Shown here in pieces: positions 37,801-52,800 of a DNA stretch of 64,000 nucleotides; positions within the stretch are counted from its first letter, which is position 1, and every line of letters starts with the position of its first letter. The DNA is from Balanoglossus misakiensis (taxonomy: Eukaryota; Animalia; Hemichordata), in assembly GCA_040954595.2 (NCBI GenBank), contig CM082576.2:372001-436000 (forward strand), written 5' to 3'. Under the pieces are notes generated by a model. The model saw only the letters and a program-made list of their open reading frames with translations. It was not told the origin of the DNA and searched no databases. The translations under genes and the position numbers were made by a program.

Positions 37801-40800
37801 CTTTGACACCAAAACGAAGACATCAGCAACATCACTCGCAATTAGTGCTAATGAAGTTCTTCATGTCATGCCAGACCTGTCAATGCATGCTTACACTGAC
37901 ATGGGTGGAGTTTACGATCGTAGAAGTGTCAGATATATATTGGCAAAATGAAAAAGCTCAGTGTGTTTTAAAGCAAGACGAAATTGCTAAAAAAAGCATC
38001 TTTCTGTTATCTTACGCGACAGTATTCCACAAGATTCTTTGGTCTCTCGCTAAACTACAACGCGGACTTGTTTACTTCTCTGACTGACAAAAACCAATTC
38101 AACGTGATTGAAATCTTCGCAATTTAACAAGGAACCGGGTCTCGTGCACGCATGGTGCATGTTGCCCCACTGTATATATCCTTATTATTTTTTCGGGGAG
38201 AAAGAGATGGGTCTTTCTAAATACATAAATACAAACATTTTTAATAAAATATCTAATAAAAACATAGCTACGTTTCATCGCCTGTAAGGCATATCTGAAA
38301 GGTGTACTCCTGTTAGCGTCATATTATATCCGTCTTAACAACATCGAAAATACAAATGCGTCTCTGTGTAGACGAACCTAACAACGTGCATTAAATGCCA
38401 TCCGTATGTTGTTGTTTTTTTACAATCTTGAGGTTAATAGTAAGCTCTGCGGGGATTACATTATAAGGTAATCGGCAAGAATGGAGTCGTTAATGTATTG
38501 ATTTCCCTGGTGACTTGCGTTGGCATAATTAGCAATATTTATGATTTATCATGGAGGAAAACAATCGGTCAATGGCAGTCGCGAAAGATGGCAACTCATG
38601 TCAGTCAAATATAATTGAACACATATTGCCTTTCCTCTGTATTCGGGCTATAGCTCCCGTTTATTACCCAAATGGACCAGTGGCTTTTCCCGAGGCCGTA
38701 GGGAAATGGCGAACCGCCGGGCGTGTATGGCTCTAGCAAGAATGCGCACAGTTATCATCTGGCCCTGTAAGAGTTGTTGAGACTATTTCTATAGAGACAT
38801 AGAGCCATTGTATTCGCTAGTCACATGACTCATTCTGACCAATTGTGGCACATCATGTCTGAGTATGGCGAGTGTCATAGTGCGTTTTATCTCATGATGC
38901 AAACCATGATCTTGATTTTATAGTGGCTTTATCTGTATCTCATAATAAGATATGGGAGTACGCAAGAAGTTTATGAGAAACTGCAAATTTTGTTTATGGA
39001 TTGGGCAGATAGTATTGCGAGGCCCTCGTGGCATTTCTAACAGTGAATATACAAGAAGTGATGTTAATAATGAAGGGTTGACGAGTAAGAGTTTACACGC
39101 GTAGGCCTACATTTTCAGATTGCCATTTCTATAGGTTATCCAGGAAATAGTCCCCTAGGCAACTTTTCATAACACACACACACACACTCGTTGTTCTCTT
39201 TGTTTGTCATTGGGTACGGCGTTCCTCGAAAGGTGATGCAAAATTGAAGCCCTTCACGGTTTCTTTTACATTAAATCAATTTGAAACCTGCGTGGCATTT
39301 GCGGACGTCAGATTTCCCGACATACTGTACTTAGAAGTTAGAACTAAATGTCGTAATCTTCCCAGAATTTTCATCCACAGCCATATTTATCACGCGAGAA
39401 GGAGCAGGGGATTGCAGTCTCTTAATAGGGCGGATGAAAGATAAACGTTATATCTGATTAAATATCAGATAGTTTAATGAGAGCATCGTTGAAAGCATAG
39501 CTACTGATACATTTTAATATTGCAATGCTATGACAATATCGCTTTGAAAGCGGATAAGAATTTCTTTGAAATACTAAAACGCCGATGATCAACATGCGAT
39601 AGCAGATTTAGGAGCTCTTTAAGAGTGTGAAGGTTAATAATATCTGTATAGAGCGTTCGCGAACAGGTGGTTTGCGAATCGTGAGTGTCGGGAAGCCTAG
39701 CCTGCGCATCAACAGCAGGGAAATGGGATGATTGAGTGCCTGCATGCGCAGTGGGCGAGTCTTGGGGTCATTTGTCACATCTGCGTCAACAGTTAATAAA
39801 AAGTCGCCGTGTATCTCATCGTTATCTCCAAATAACAACGTGCCCTCAGTGAAATCTCAGTGACATTTACGGGAGAAAGAAAGAAGCATTTATTGGAAAC
39901 ATTGGCGTATTTTCGCCAGCATGTAAATGTATGTACAATGTATGTGTCGGCGAAATCCTGACATTTTCTGTTTTTGGAATCACTTTAATTTTTGTAAAAT
40001 GGGAAGCCAGCTTTAGAAAATTTCACGTTTTAATCACGTGATGGTAGTTCCATATAAACGCCAATCAAAGTAATAAACAGAAAGAAGTTCATTGCGATGC
40101 AAATAATATAAACACAAATATCGCGAACTATAAACGTGGTTGAAGTCACCGGTCAACCAAATCAAGAACAAAAAGAAGAACACAAAATGTCAATGACAAA
40201 ACTTGCCCACACACACACGGTATCGATATGACAGACGGTCATGACGGTGTAAAAGCTGTTACGATTGTACTACGAATGCATATAATTTAAATATCAGTGG
40301 TGGATGAATAAGGGTGTACGTCATTAACATAGCGTTAGTAGCCGTACACCTGGGTATTTTGAATATTACGTAAGGGTTTTTGATTTTTGACTGTCTGCAA
40401 CGGCAGTCAAGTGGCGTGAGCCGACCAGAAAACAGACAAGTTGTACTCGGCCATGAGCGACGGGGACTGGAATCTTGTAATCCACGTGGGAGCTCTGTGT
40501 TGAAGTTCAGCACGTCGGTATGTACTGTTGGTTTGAATTCAGCGTTGCTCTCGGACTTAAAATGCATGTCTACGCCAGCAACTGTAAGTGAAGTGAACCT
40601 GTTACTTTCTTCTGAGAGGACTTCAGGAAAGAACTGTGTTAGAAAGCAGCACGCCAGCGTGAACCATCGTCGGGTCGGTGCGGAGAACTCACGGAACACT
40701 GAATTATCGCGACCGCTCACCACGTGTGTAATATTACCGCGGAACTGATACAAGTTTCTTGAGGACATTTCAGTAAGAACCCTAGTAACATTTAAGTTTC

Positions 40801-43800
40801 AGTGCTTGTACTATGATATTATTTTTCTTCCTGTGACAAATAGTTTCGCAGTGAAACATATAATTTTGGGTGTACTATGTATCATTGTTGTTGCTGTCTG
40901 GGTGTTTGTGTTGCGAGTTTTTGGTTCGTAACACAGCTGATTTAAAATAAATTGTTGTATCGGTAAAAGAATTGCCCGGATTTGCCCCTCGATCAATATA
41001 ATCGGTTGATTTGAACACGCGATAAATTGTGTTTATTGCGTGCATGCATATTTATGAGGGCAACCTGTTGGAGTAAAACATCACAAAGTATGAAATCGGT
41101 CGCAATGCAAATGGTAACGCGATATCGAGGATCTTAATGCAGAGCGATCAGCTGAGTCGAGATTTGTAACAAAATACCGAGAACAACCCATCCATTTTTA
41201 ATGGACTGATATTTTTTCCGTATAACATATCATCTAATCAGGGTTTTTATTAAACCCAATAAAAGCCTCATTTATCATCATGCTAACCTGGCGGTGAAAT
41301 CGTGCTTCTGCTGAAACTCGTGTGAAGTATAGTTTTCACTCTTACGTATGACTCATCCGCTAATAACATCATTTCAAATAAGTACAGGCCCTATCAAAAA
41401 TAATGTGTGGTGACCAATATGTCATATACTACATTTACTGTATTCTATCATTGATTATTAGCTCTGCGAGAGAAAACCATTTTGCCATCTTTCGTTTCTA
41501 ATTAACCTGCAGGTTCATATCGCGTTACCATTTGCATTGCGACCGATTTCATACTGTTGATCCCGGCTTTAAGGATGCAAATCCTTAACAACTTTATATT
41601 AAAACTTTTCACGATATTTCCTTAAAGTCATATTATCTGAAAAAGTTCGCTATTACTTCAAAAAGTAAATCTGAGACTTTTCAAGACGTTTTATCCTCTT
41701 TTCTTTATTTGAAAATTATTGAAAATTGTTCGTTGTCGAAAAATGCTATGCATTTCGCCCCTTACAGAGTCATGACAGCGTCACAAATTCAATATTGCGA
41801 ACTGTTGGCCAACATATCTGCCTAATATAATCGTCATATCTTTCAATCTAGGGACTGGTTACAGTCGCTGTTGGATACAACCTATGGATGATTATTCTGC
41901 GGATTGCTTTCCACGAAATGAGAGAGGATGTGAGTATTTTTTTTTCTTTTAGATTAAATCACCGATTCTTGTCGCCGCCTTTTTGACCGCGGCAAAACAC
42001 ATCGGCGTTTTAATCTAGTTGCAATCTTCTCTCTCGTCTACTTCGAACTCGGAGATCGGAAAAGCAGAGTTGTATTTTGTAGAAATTTGAGCGACCACCT
42101 TGCATGGCGAATCTGTACAGTTCTTAAAAACAAGCAAGCATGACTCACAAGGCGTTTATATCATGGTGTGATCTATTAAAAGATTACGAATAACTTTTGA
42201 AAGTCGAGCACCTCTATCTTTGTCTTATTCTCAGACCTCTAAAAATTAGCATTGCATGATGTTTGGTGATTATAGTGGTACTGGACATTTTAGACGGTAT
42301 GAATCAATCAATGACTGAATTTCGACAGTCGCTTTTTTATCGAAATGCATGTACGTGTGCATTTAGTTTATAAATATAAATTACCCTGTGCGCTTTTTGT
42401 GGCTTCTAGAATGTGATGCTTCTTTTAAAAGAAAGAGATTGTATTTTGTCTTGACAACGAAGAGAAATATCGTGGGAGAATGCCCTTGCCCTAATTGGCC
42501 TTCGTTGTGAGTGGAGCCGCTATATGCACAGTGTCATTTGGTTTACACAATACGATGTTGGTTTGAGTGGCATGCCTTGAGTTTTCTGTATGATCTTTCA
42601 GTCTGTGACGTCAAGGATGCTATGTAGCAAGGGAATGAAAACGTTGCACTGAATTAGAGGCTTGCCTTTCATTGTTGACACCTCGAATTGCCTTTTCAGT
42701 GTCTATCGGATGGTGCCACATCTGATGATTAGCACTAAGAAGTTTAGGAGTCTGGGGACACATCCATATTGCTGATTGAGTAGTGTGTCAAGATTGGCAA
42801 TAACATTTTTGTTGCAATTATTTTTGCGTCATTTTATTGTTTAAATACAAGGTATGCATGTAATTGAGACAGGCAGGCAGACAGACAGACAGACAGTCAG
42901 ACAGACAGACAGACAGACAGACAGACATAGCCCGTTAGTGATCATCCGCAGAAATTGAATACTAGTTGTAAGTTTCGTTTTTCTATCACAGCTTATCATT
43001 TTGCCCTTATCTGGCATCGCCTGGAGTGGCGATGAACTATTAGATCCTTTGGCGCGTTTCGGGTATCTATGTCTATACATTTGCAAAGGTGAAGGGCACG
43101 GGAGCAAATTTCTGCTTTTCACGGTTTTTCTTCGAATTTAACTAAGTTAGTAAAATACTGGACATGCTAGGATTTTCCAATAAGCGGCGTCACTCGTCTA
43201 AACATTCTCTACACGATTTCCATATCGAATAGAACAATCACGGCGACTGAATGCACTTACGCCACAACCTTTCGACTTGAATACAAATCACAATATGCAA
43301 ATTCATTTAGAGAATGTGTCGTCGTCGGCATCATTATCAGGAGTACTTGTCGTCAGAGAAACATGGTTTTCTTATTTAAGCCCTCAAGCCACTTTTATAG
43401 CAAAATGGTAAACACGTCACAAATTCTCGATACATCACAGAAAAGATTTTAATTCCTGTGGCATTTCGTTCTTTCTCGTTTCAGCTGCTCTACCGACGAC
43501 TCTTCAGTGCCGCCGATTTCATCTGTGACGTCATTTACATCCTGGATATTTTCTTTAATTTCCGTATTGCGTACCTCGAAGACGGCATACTGGTAAAAAC
43601 CATTTTATTGTACTCGATATTTTATGGCCGGTAAGCGGTCTCACCTTGATGAACTGAAAAAAAGATTCCACGACTGTCCACACCTTAAATGCCACCAGTC
43701 AATAGTTTACGGAGGAAATTACTTTGAGAACGCGATCAAAATCGTCATCGGTAAACAAAATACTCTCAGCTGACTGGTTAATTAGTTTGAAAAGGATGCT

Positions 43801-46800
43801 GCGTGTGCAGATGAAACGTAATATGGCAAACATTTCAAATTGCAATACATGTACAATACCCAAGACTGCTTTATGTCAGTGAGACGGATTTGGTGTTACT
43901 CTCACTTATTTGTACTCTATCACTTTCAGAAAAAAAATGGCTAAAATTCGCTGTAGAACCTCATATCGGCTTAATAATATATCAAACCATGAAAACGGAA
44001 AGGGAAAAAATAAACCCTCGCAAAATGTTAACGAAATAATGTTTACTCATTGGCAAAGGTCAAAGGTAACGGAATAGATTTTCCCACTTGGGAGGTCAGC
44101 AAACTGAAGCGCATGCGCCATGCCCGTTTATCATTTTGGTTTCATATGTATATAAAAAGGCTTATTCTTCGGCTACCTTCGGTGATTTCCGATGCATAGG
44201 TGTTTAAATAGCGAAGTCATTGCTCTATGGGGTGTTGCAAAATACCCTTCACAAATAATTCATTGTGTTTTACTAGCCCTGCAACCATACTCATATCTAG
44301 TTGTCTTTCAATAAAGAAAATTACTTCTATGCTATCATGGTGAATAATACATTACTGCATGCTAATCCAATCTTTTGATACAATATACATGTTGTCAATA
44401 ATACAAGGAGAAATATTTGCTGTCTGTGGCATATTCCAAGAAGATCTGGAATTAAGAATAAACGACTTAAAAACCTCATGATGTTTGGTACAAACAATTC
44501 GTCCAGCTGTAGCGACCAGGCCGTGGTACTTTCCATTCTTACATACGTCTGTGGTTGCTATAGCAATGTTTTGCCGAGAGGTTAAACGATTGTAATTTGT
44601 ATTTTACCGAATGTTGGTGTAATGTATCAATACTGGCATTAAGCATTTTCTTAAACGCCCTAACATATATTTTTGCTCGGGTTTCCAGATATCGAATTTG
44701 ATCTCCAAAAATACAAGCTACGAAATTCTAGTCCACAAATTAAAAGCATATTTTACGGCATTCAAGAATCATGATACTAGCGTATACGATTCCAGTTTCG
44801 TGGAAAAGTTGTCGTTATATTTGTATTCTGAACTATTTGACCTTTTAGGCTACGCCATCCTACTCTTGGAAGACATTTGGCAGTACTCTTGAAGTATATT
44901 TCCGTTTTTTTTCTTGAATACCTTCCTTCCATCTTTGTTAAGATTTATTTCACACGTCGAGTTAATCATTTTTTCTAGAGCGCTCCGTACTGCAGTTTTT
45001 TACATTTTACTGCGAAAGTCGGCGGGGAAAAAAACTGGGTCTTTTTTTAACGAAAGATCGGTAGGGATGACCTTGAGCGCATTTGAATCATTTGGAAATT
45101 AAGGTTAATTTGGAACATGACTGGGCACAATAAAATTAACACCTCGTGAAAGAAAGCGATTAGAGTCACCTCCGCGATTAACCAGACACAGAACTGTGAA
45201 AAGCTGTTGAGGTCCAAATTAAAGCAAAATGCACTTTCATCTGTGATTCAAATTGTGCTTTATGGAATTAGTTTACAACTAATCATCCCGTTATTTTGAC
45301 TTGCTTTACAGGTTCGAGATCCTGTCAAACTAAGTGCTAATTATAAGAAAAAGGCGTCTCTAAAGGTCGATGTTTTATCCATGCTTCCCATAGGTACGGC
45401 AGTGCAGGTTATAGGAGGTACGACAGTGTGTTTTTATTCAATTATAGCGTGGAATTCCATACTCCAGACAACTATTTGTTGTTATATGTCTGTTGAAACT
45501 TGAATTAATCATATTTTTGCAGTTTAACATTGGTTATAATAATCATAATTTTTCATCCTACGACGAAACTTGCACAAGAGTCGCCTCTACCGCAAGGTGG
45601 CGCCAACGCCAACCGTATAGTATTGTACACACATGTAAGACCAATCAAGGTGTCTAGTATATACTTGAGGTTCACACATTTACGAAGAAACCGTCACCTC
45701 CTTACGACTGCTGCAAATTGCCGTGGTGGCATATGCGCACGTCATTACTTGTTTACGGCTCTTTGAAAGGCCACCTTAGTGGACATTTTAAAACCCTGGC
45801 ATCTGCAATAATACCGTGTCTTGTTATCTTCCCCTCTGGGTGTTTATCATACATCACTAGAAATACCATAACGCCACTAAGCTGCTAAACCTGCTATCTC
45901 CTACATCTTCGAAGAGAACTTATGTCACTCCTAGATAAAAACTTGAATTAAGAGTATATGTATCGGCAATATGTCAACACACCCCCATTAAATCGTGTAG
46001 CGAAATATAAGATATTGTATTATACAGATTTGACAGATGGAACAGTGATCTAAACATTGGAGACATACAACTGACATGATGCAAACTACAGAAATATAAA
46101 TCAAACAAGATACGTCCTTAAAACTGAATTTCAGACGGTGAGATGGAGAGAGAGAGAGAGCCTGAGACAGACTCGGATAGAGAGAGAGAGCCCCAGACAG
46201 ACAGGCGCCCTATGTATGCCTTGAGCATGTCTCCCAATGACTTTATCTGTAGTTTTATATCCATTTCCGAAAATGAAACCCCCCAAAACCATAGCTGTCT
46301 GAGATTAAACCAAACAATATTTTGGTCGAGAGTTATATCGTTATTTCTCGTTTATATAAAATGCAGTCGCCATGGTTACAATTGATTTTCCCTAAACGGT
46401 ATTCTTTATCTCGTGATTTTGGGGGGAAATGAGAATGCAATTCACATATTCCACAGGCGGTTCGCAGTATATTACCGTCTCTTTCTAGTTTAGATGGTAA
46501 TATCGCCGTCGCCATGGCAACTGCCCCAGGTACATAAACAACAAACGAAGAGTTCTCACTTCTACGTTTCTGAACCCTTGTTCTTATAATGGCGCCGGGT
46601 TCTGTGTCTACATACCTCATTAATTTCCATTTAATAGACACTGTGTGTCAGTTAATGTGTTTCTTGTGTTATTATAGTGTGAGAAACGGAGACTTGCAAA
46701 ACCGCGCCATTTTCAGGTAACCGATTTCGTTGCGAATCTGTACTTGAGTTCTCCGTATCATTCAGTCTTTAGGAACGAACCGGTAAAGATTGTGCTTAGC

Positions 46801-49800
46801 CTGTAGTGGGACATTTTAGTTGCTCTATAAGAATTGCAAAACAAGTCACTCTATTTTAATAGGCAGAAGAACCATTTAATTATTATCAGCCTAAACATCC
46901 CAAAGAGGAAATCAACACTAACAATCTGAAATGAATGACGGGGAGTGCAAAACGTGTATTGCAGCCAGAGTACGAGCCATAGTCATCGAAATGTTGATCT
47001 ATTTCAAATCACATGGTAACCTAGAAATAAACATAGACAGACTGTTCTGGAACAATGTGCCTCAAAAGTGAAAAGAATTTGTATGCGAGAAGTTTGGATA
47101 ATCAAAGTACTTTCTGTGAGCTAGAAAATAATATTCCAGACGCTTTCCTCCTCCGCCAGCTTCTGTTCTCTGCTGTACGCCGATGCCTACTAACGCAGCA
47201 CGGAGCCAGCATAGCATTACTTAAAATAGGCTTCAGAGTAAAGCTTGCCCTGCTGAGCTTGACTTGGCTTCGTCAGAACTCTGAGCATGTGTGCAGCCAG
47301 CGAGGCGGCTGTAATCCTGCGCGTTTCGGCACCACTGCCGTTTTGAGATCAACAAAGAAACTATCCAATAACGGCCACACCGGGAAATACTTTGACATTT
47401 CTCAGCACGATTTAACAGACGAGAAGATTTACTACGAACAAAAATCCTCCGGGTACGCCCACATTTCCTGTGAAACCATCAGACCTAACAAAATCGAAGT
47501 CTGTAAACCGTAAAAAGCCTAGCAAACGAATTACTCGGCCAGACGTTTGCACATGCGCTGTATGGATAGTTGTAGACGTGACTGTCTACATCAATCTGTG
47601 GTATGGCTGACAGTTTAACAGCACTATAAAATTTTGACCCCTTTTGTTGATTGAAGGGTTTGAAATACAGACATTTGCCTTGATTCGATATCGCAATGCT
47701 CTTTGTTACTGCATCAAAGCCTCTATTCAGTTCTTCAATTGAACAAACCAAACTAGAAAATGCAATAAGTCTAATAATGCGTTTTGTAACGGTGAGTTAA
47801 GGTTAGTCGGACAAAAGAAAAAAGATGAATTTGCTAAATGGATTTGACACGAAGATGATAATGATGGGGAAGATAAATAATTTAGAGTCCAATTTGAATT
47901 TACGCTCTTGCAAATATGTACGTTGCCGTGATCACAAGTTGATGCTTCGTGTCCACATTAGAGTCAAATATACATCTGAACAGGGACCCAGTGACATTCC
48001 TCGGAGTATTTCTTAGCAACAGCCGCGGTAAAATTAAAAAGAAAACTATATCCTAGAAATTGTGCGATGAAAACAATGCATGACATCAGAAGTGTATTTC
48101 AGAGGGCAAAAGCGTAACGGATGTGTGTTGTGAGACGCAGTTTCCAGAGAAGTCAAATATTCACATCCGGGTTGTAGAAGGCAATTCATTTATCTGCATC
48201 CACTTTAAAATTGATAACACACCGTATGCTGTTTTGAGGAAATCACTACTGGTGACTTTTCAAGATATCTTGTCAATCTTGTCTCGACGTTGATAAGATA
48301 GAAAATTTCTACCACAACTGAAATTTACCGTTTAGTCAGCAGTAGCCTTTCGAGACACACTTTATATCTGATTTGCATCATTGAAGTGTGTTCCACTCCC
48401 TAGCGGATTATTTTCAAGTTATAGACTATTTCTACGATGCCCGCCACAAACAAGGTATGACCATAGACCCTGGAGCGAATGCTATTTCTTCAGGGTCCAT
48501 GGTATGACATTACTGCCAAGAATATGTATTTCTCCAATATCCTACACAGGCATGGTGTTTAATTATGGAAGCACATCCTTCAAGGTGCCAGTTCATAATT
48601 GACTTTTCCAAGAATACATTACTAAATGGCGTATTAAATATGCACTAGTTCCCTTGTATTTAGATGAAATTATAAACTCCTATTTCGTATGGATCAATGA
48701 AAGCTATTTTTTCCATACAAACGTTTATATAATTTATAGCAGCCCAATGATCATTTGATAGTGCAGGTGATGGGGCAGGGTAAAGAGATATTTCTGGTTC
48801 CGTATTTCACAAAAATTGACAATGGTGATTACGATTTCAAACTAAGGAGGAAGACGATTTTTGTTTTAATCATTTGCTATTATGTATGTGTACTTAAATA
48901 ATTCATTGGATTAATTCCCGCCGCAGTGCACTCCCATCAAACTGATGAGTAAACTCATTAAAAGTCTTTAAAGACACTTAATACAGATATTTTGAGTTTG
49001 CATCTCGTAAAAAAAGTCATAAATCCTGTTCAGATTCCATCGCCGTGCAAGACTGCGTTACAACATACAACTAAACGCATTCATCCGGTCACGCAGCGTT
49101 AGCATATTGCGTGCATTCAATGAAAGACGTCGGGTCTTTTTTTTCAGTCCAGGCGCGGTTTCGAAAACTGTTGCATTGATTTCGCTATCATTTAATGCGA
49201 CACACAGACATCTATTGGGGAAATTGAGAGAACAGCGCTTGATATCTCAAGATTATTTGAAACGTGTCTCTTGGATAATTGCTGCGTCACTATGCCAACA
49301 AGATATCAAGATCAATATAGACTCAAAAATATAAAACCGTGTGATGTTATGAAGTGTCGAAAATGTAACTTTGATGTTTTTCCTTCCACCGTGTCGTGAG
49401 AAATAAGCCTATATCTAGAATCTATAGACTGTACTTCACTGAAAATGAATGATTTTTATTAGCAGGAATGTTTCTATATTTTCATGGCTTTATAAGTTAT
49501 AGTTATAATAACGTTACTCCAAGTTTTATTTTTTTCATTTCGTTTTCAGGGGCAGTTGATATTGTCTATAACTGTATTTGGGACTTGAAAACAGGTGAGA
49601 TGAATCCCATCGGGTTTTTTTTAATTCTCAGCCCGATGTTTTCTAATTCATTCGTAAGACTGAAGAGAAACAATGAAAAAACCGTATTAACACGGAACGC
49701 TAAAAATAACCTTAAAAATGAAGAGGTTCCGTTTTCTCCCGTTCAATGCTATATGTGTTTGTCTAAAGATAAGACTGTCTCAGTTTCTTTACGTATTCCT

Positions 49801-52800
49801 CACAGGAATTTCTATCTGTGAGCATTTTGAAAAGCTGTCCTGTGTCATAATTGATATCAAACTGGAATCTGCAACAACTTTATGCTGATACGAAAAATAC
49901 GAGTTTTAGCTCCTAAGATTCAAACCCTTTTGCAACATATCGATTCGTGTAAAATCACTTTGTTTCTATATCGGTGGGGTCAATCTATAACACAGGCGCT
50001 ATAGAGTTAAGACTGTCGGTGCACTTAAAGTATCTGAAAAACAGCACAATTGCAGGTTTATGTGTCTAATCAACTGTCACGTATCATTAATGTTGGGCTT
50101 TGACAGGTAAGCGTCTATAACCCATTGAAAAGAACACTTCAATATGCAATTCACATACCGATTACTAGAAAGGGGTGCACGACATTTCAATAGAGCTCTG
50201 TGAATGAATGAGTGAGATGACTTTGACATTCTTATCTCCGTTGATTTATTGTCACAGACTCGGCATACATTCCAGCTCTACGACTGCCAAGGCTCTTCAA
50301 ATTGCACGCCATGTCGACTTTTTTCCAGGTCACCGACAGGTAACTATTGAGCATGCTTAAAAGTTCAATCCCACCCTGTTAGCAAGTTATTTCAAGGTTT
50401 TAGTAAATACCAATTTCCTGCCCAGTAATATCAATTTTACCATTGTCTTCTTCCTTGAGGTCACTTTCAAGTAAAATTCACTTAGCCATTGTCAAGGTTA
50501 GGAAGTGGCATTAAATTTGTTTTGCAACATACAACAATACGTCAAACCCGGAGTATACTGTTTGACTAATGCAAAATTAAAAATATCCATTATCTTGAAG
50601 ATGGCTTAGATTTTATTTTTGACGATTGACAATAAGAAAGATGTTTAATAATTATGTGCATTTAAAACAATTCAAAGAAGAATACACGCACAATGTCAAT
50701 GCAATTCCTATCATGAAATTCGTTTTTTTTTTAAACTGGTGTCTCTACATATTTTATAATCTCTTACATGTGATCGCATGATAAAAAAAATCATTTTGGA
50801 AATTAGTTTATGAGGTTGTCCTGCTTGAAGGGTGACACGATGCTGGGTTGATATTTATGTTTGTTCGTGCCTGACCAGGTTTCTTTACTCGTGTATTCTG
50901 TAGCCGAACAAGCAATCCGAACCGTCTACGAGCATTGAAACTGTCCCTGTACTTGGCCGTGGTCATCCACTGGATAGGTTGTTTCTACTACATGATGTCA
51001 GAGGTCAGTGAATAAGTTATGAAATATCATATGGCATTTATTAGAGAAAATACATTCATTTTCCCCCAATATTTCAACCCAACAATTGCATCTGAAACAG
51101 TTGCAGACAGAAGTACATACATTACGAACACTCAAGAACACAAGAAAACAAGAATTCGCTTTTGGTCCGACACAAAGCTGGTCAGCCTGATTGTTTCCAT
51201 AGTAGCAAACAGAACTGCTCATTTAGTGCAAAAATTAAGCACCTACAATAAAGTGTGGTCCAAGATGCAGTTTTCAAAACATTACTCTATGTTAACAGTT
51301 ATAGCTATTAGTTCACTGTTTCAAACTTCCCGATAATGACATCTCCTGTTGTTTAATTTGAATTGAATTTTGGAACGAGTGAGGCTATTGGATATTGCCA
51401 TCTCTTTGAATTGTTTTTTTTTTCTTAAATTCCTTTACTTTGACTTGACTTGACTACCACCTCAATTATAATGCTCCGGATCTCCGAATCTGTGGCGATA
51501 AATTTCCTTGATATAGCACTCACACATTTATTTTGCGAGAACAGAAACCGACACGTAATTAAGCAAATATAATCTATATCACAAGGTGCCTGTTTGAAGT
51601 TGAACGCCTTAACAATGTCTTAATGCTCCATCGCCGTAATCCTCCTGTATCAAAATTTCGCATACCTTTGTCAAACGAAGGCTATTGAATATATGTACTA
51701 TGTTTCGCGTTATTATGGCTTAAGAATTTGTCCTGAAGGAAGAGATTATCCCGAATAGCAATGGTGATCAAAACTTTCATAGGGAATTGTCATGTAAGTC
51801 AGTATAATACAGTATGCTCTGTTCTAGTTTTTCAAGGACGATTTAGTGCATACATCGATGAGGCCGATTAATTGTTCAGCGCGCGGTTATACGTTCGGGC
51901 AAGACTGAGTGTCAATTACGTCGCTTTTTGACAAGAATTTCTTTTTTTTTCAAATCGTGTTGTCGCTTTCAGTGGTCTATGAAAATCGCAATATTCGTGC
52001 CTCACCTAAGGCAGGCGTTTTTTCTTTTGCTACCTGTATTCACTGAAGCTTTAGAACGAATTATTTTACTCCCGATAATTTTTGCAGAACCAATATCTAC
52101 TATTGACGTAACGTCAGATAAAATCCATTTGGTGATCTTACATGTGTATAAAATCCCTGCAATCCAAGTAGACGAGAGTATTCAAGCCGTTTTGAAGAAT
52201 TTTATTGAGAGTCATTCTCATAACGATCTCGTCACGTTTTTTATTGATCCCCATTACAAGAGTTTCGCAACTGCAGAGTGTCGTCCATTCATGCTAGAAA
52301 GCAACATTCTTTTTTAATATTAACAGTCTACATGTTCTATGTAAATGTGCTAAAGGAAAGTAATTGACTGCGACACTTCATGATTTTCAGGCCGAGGGAT
52401 TTGGCACCAACGAATGGGTTTATCCAAATAACACAGAAGATCAAAAATTTATAAGGTGAGACACGATAAAAAACGCGTGGTGAAGCTTTTTAAAATGAAG
52501 CTAAAAATCAATTCTGTCACCCTTCAGGCTTTTATTGCGTTTAATTTCTTTTATGGATTGTTGATATGTATGCCAGTGAAAGCGTTTGTGACGCCACAAC
52601 AGAACAATTTTGCGGCCTATATTTACAAGACGCCACCTTGCGATCTTGGGTGAAAATCTTGGCGCTTTCGTTTATTCCTTCTTCTTTTTCCGGTGCCACC
52701 TTCAGTTTATTTACTGGTTGACAATAAACCTTTTTCACAGGAAATACATATTGTGTATCTACTGGTCGACTATGACGCTAACCACCATTGGAGAGACTTC

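Noticed and set aside
46678-46716. 39-nt AG/GT-flanked candidate exon in a CNG-2 intron
   Set aside because: In the required phase 1 it gives an immediate TGA and has no counterpart in CNG-1; a poison exon cannot be supported without reads.
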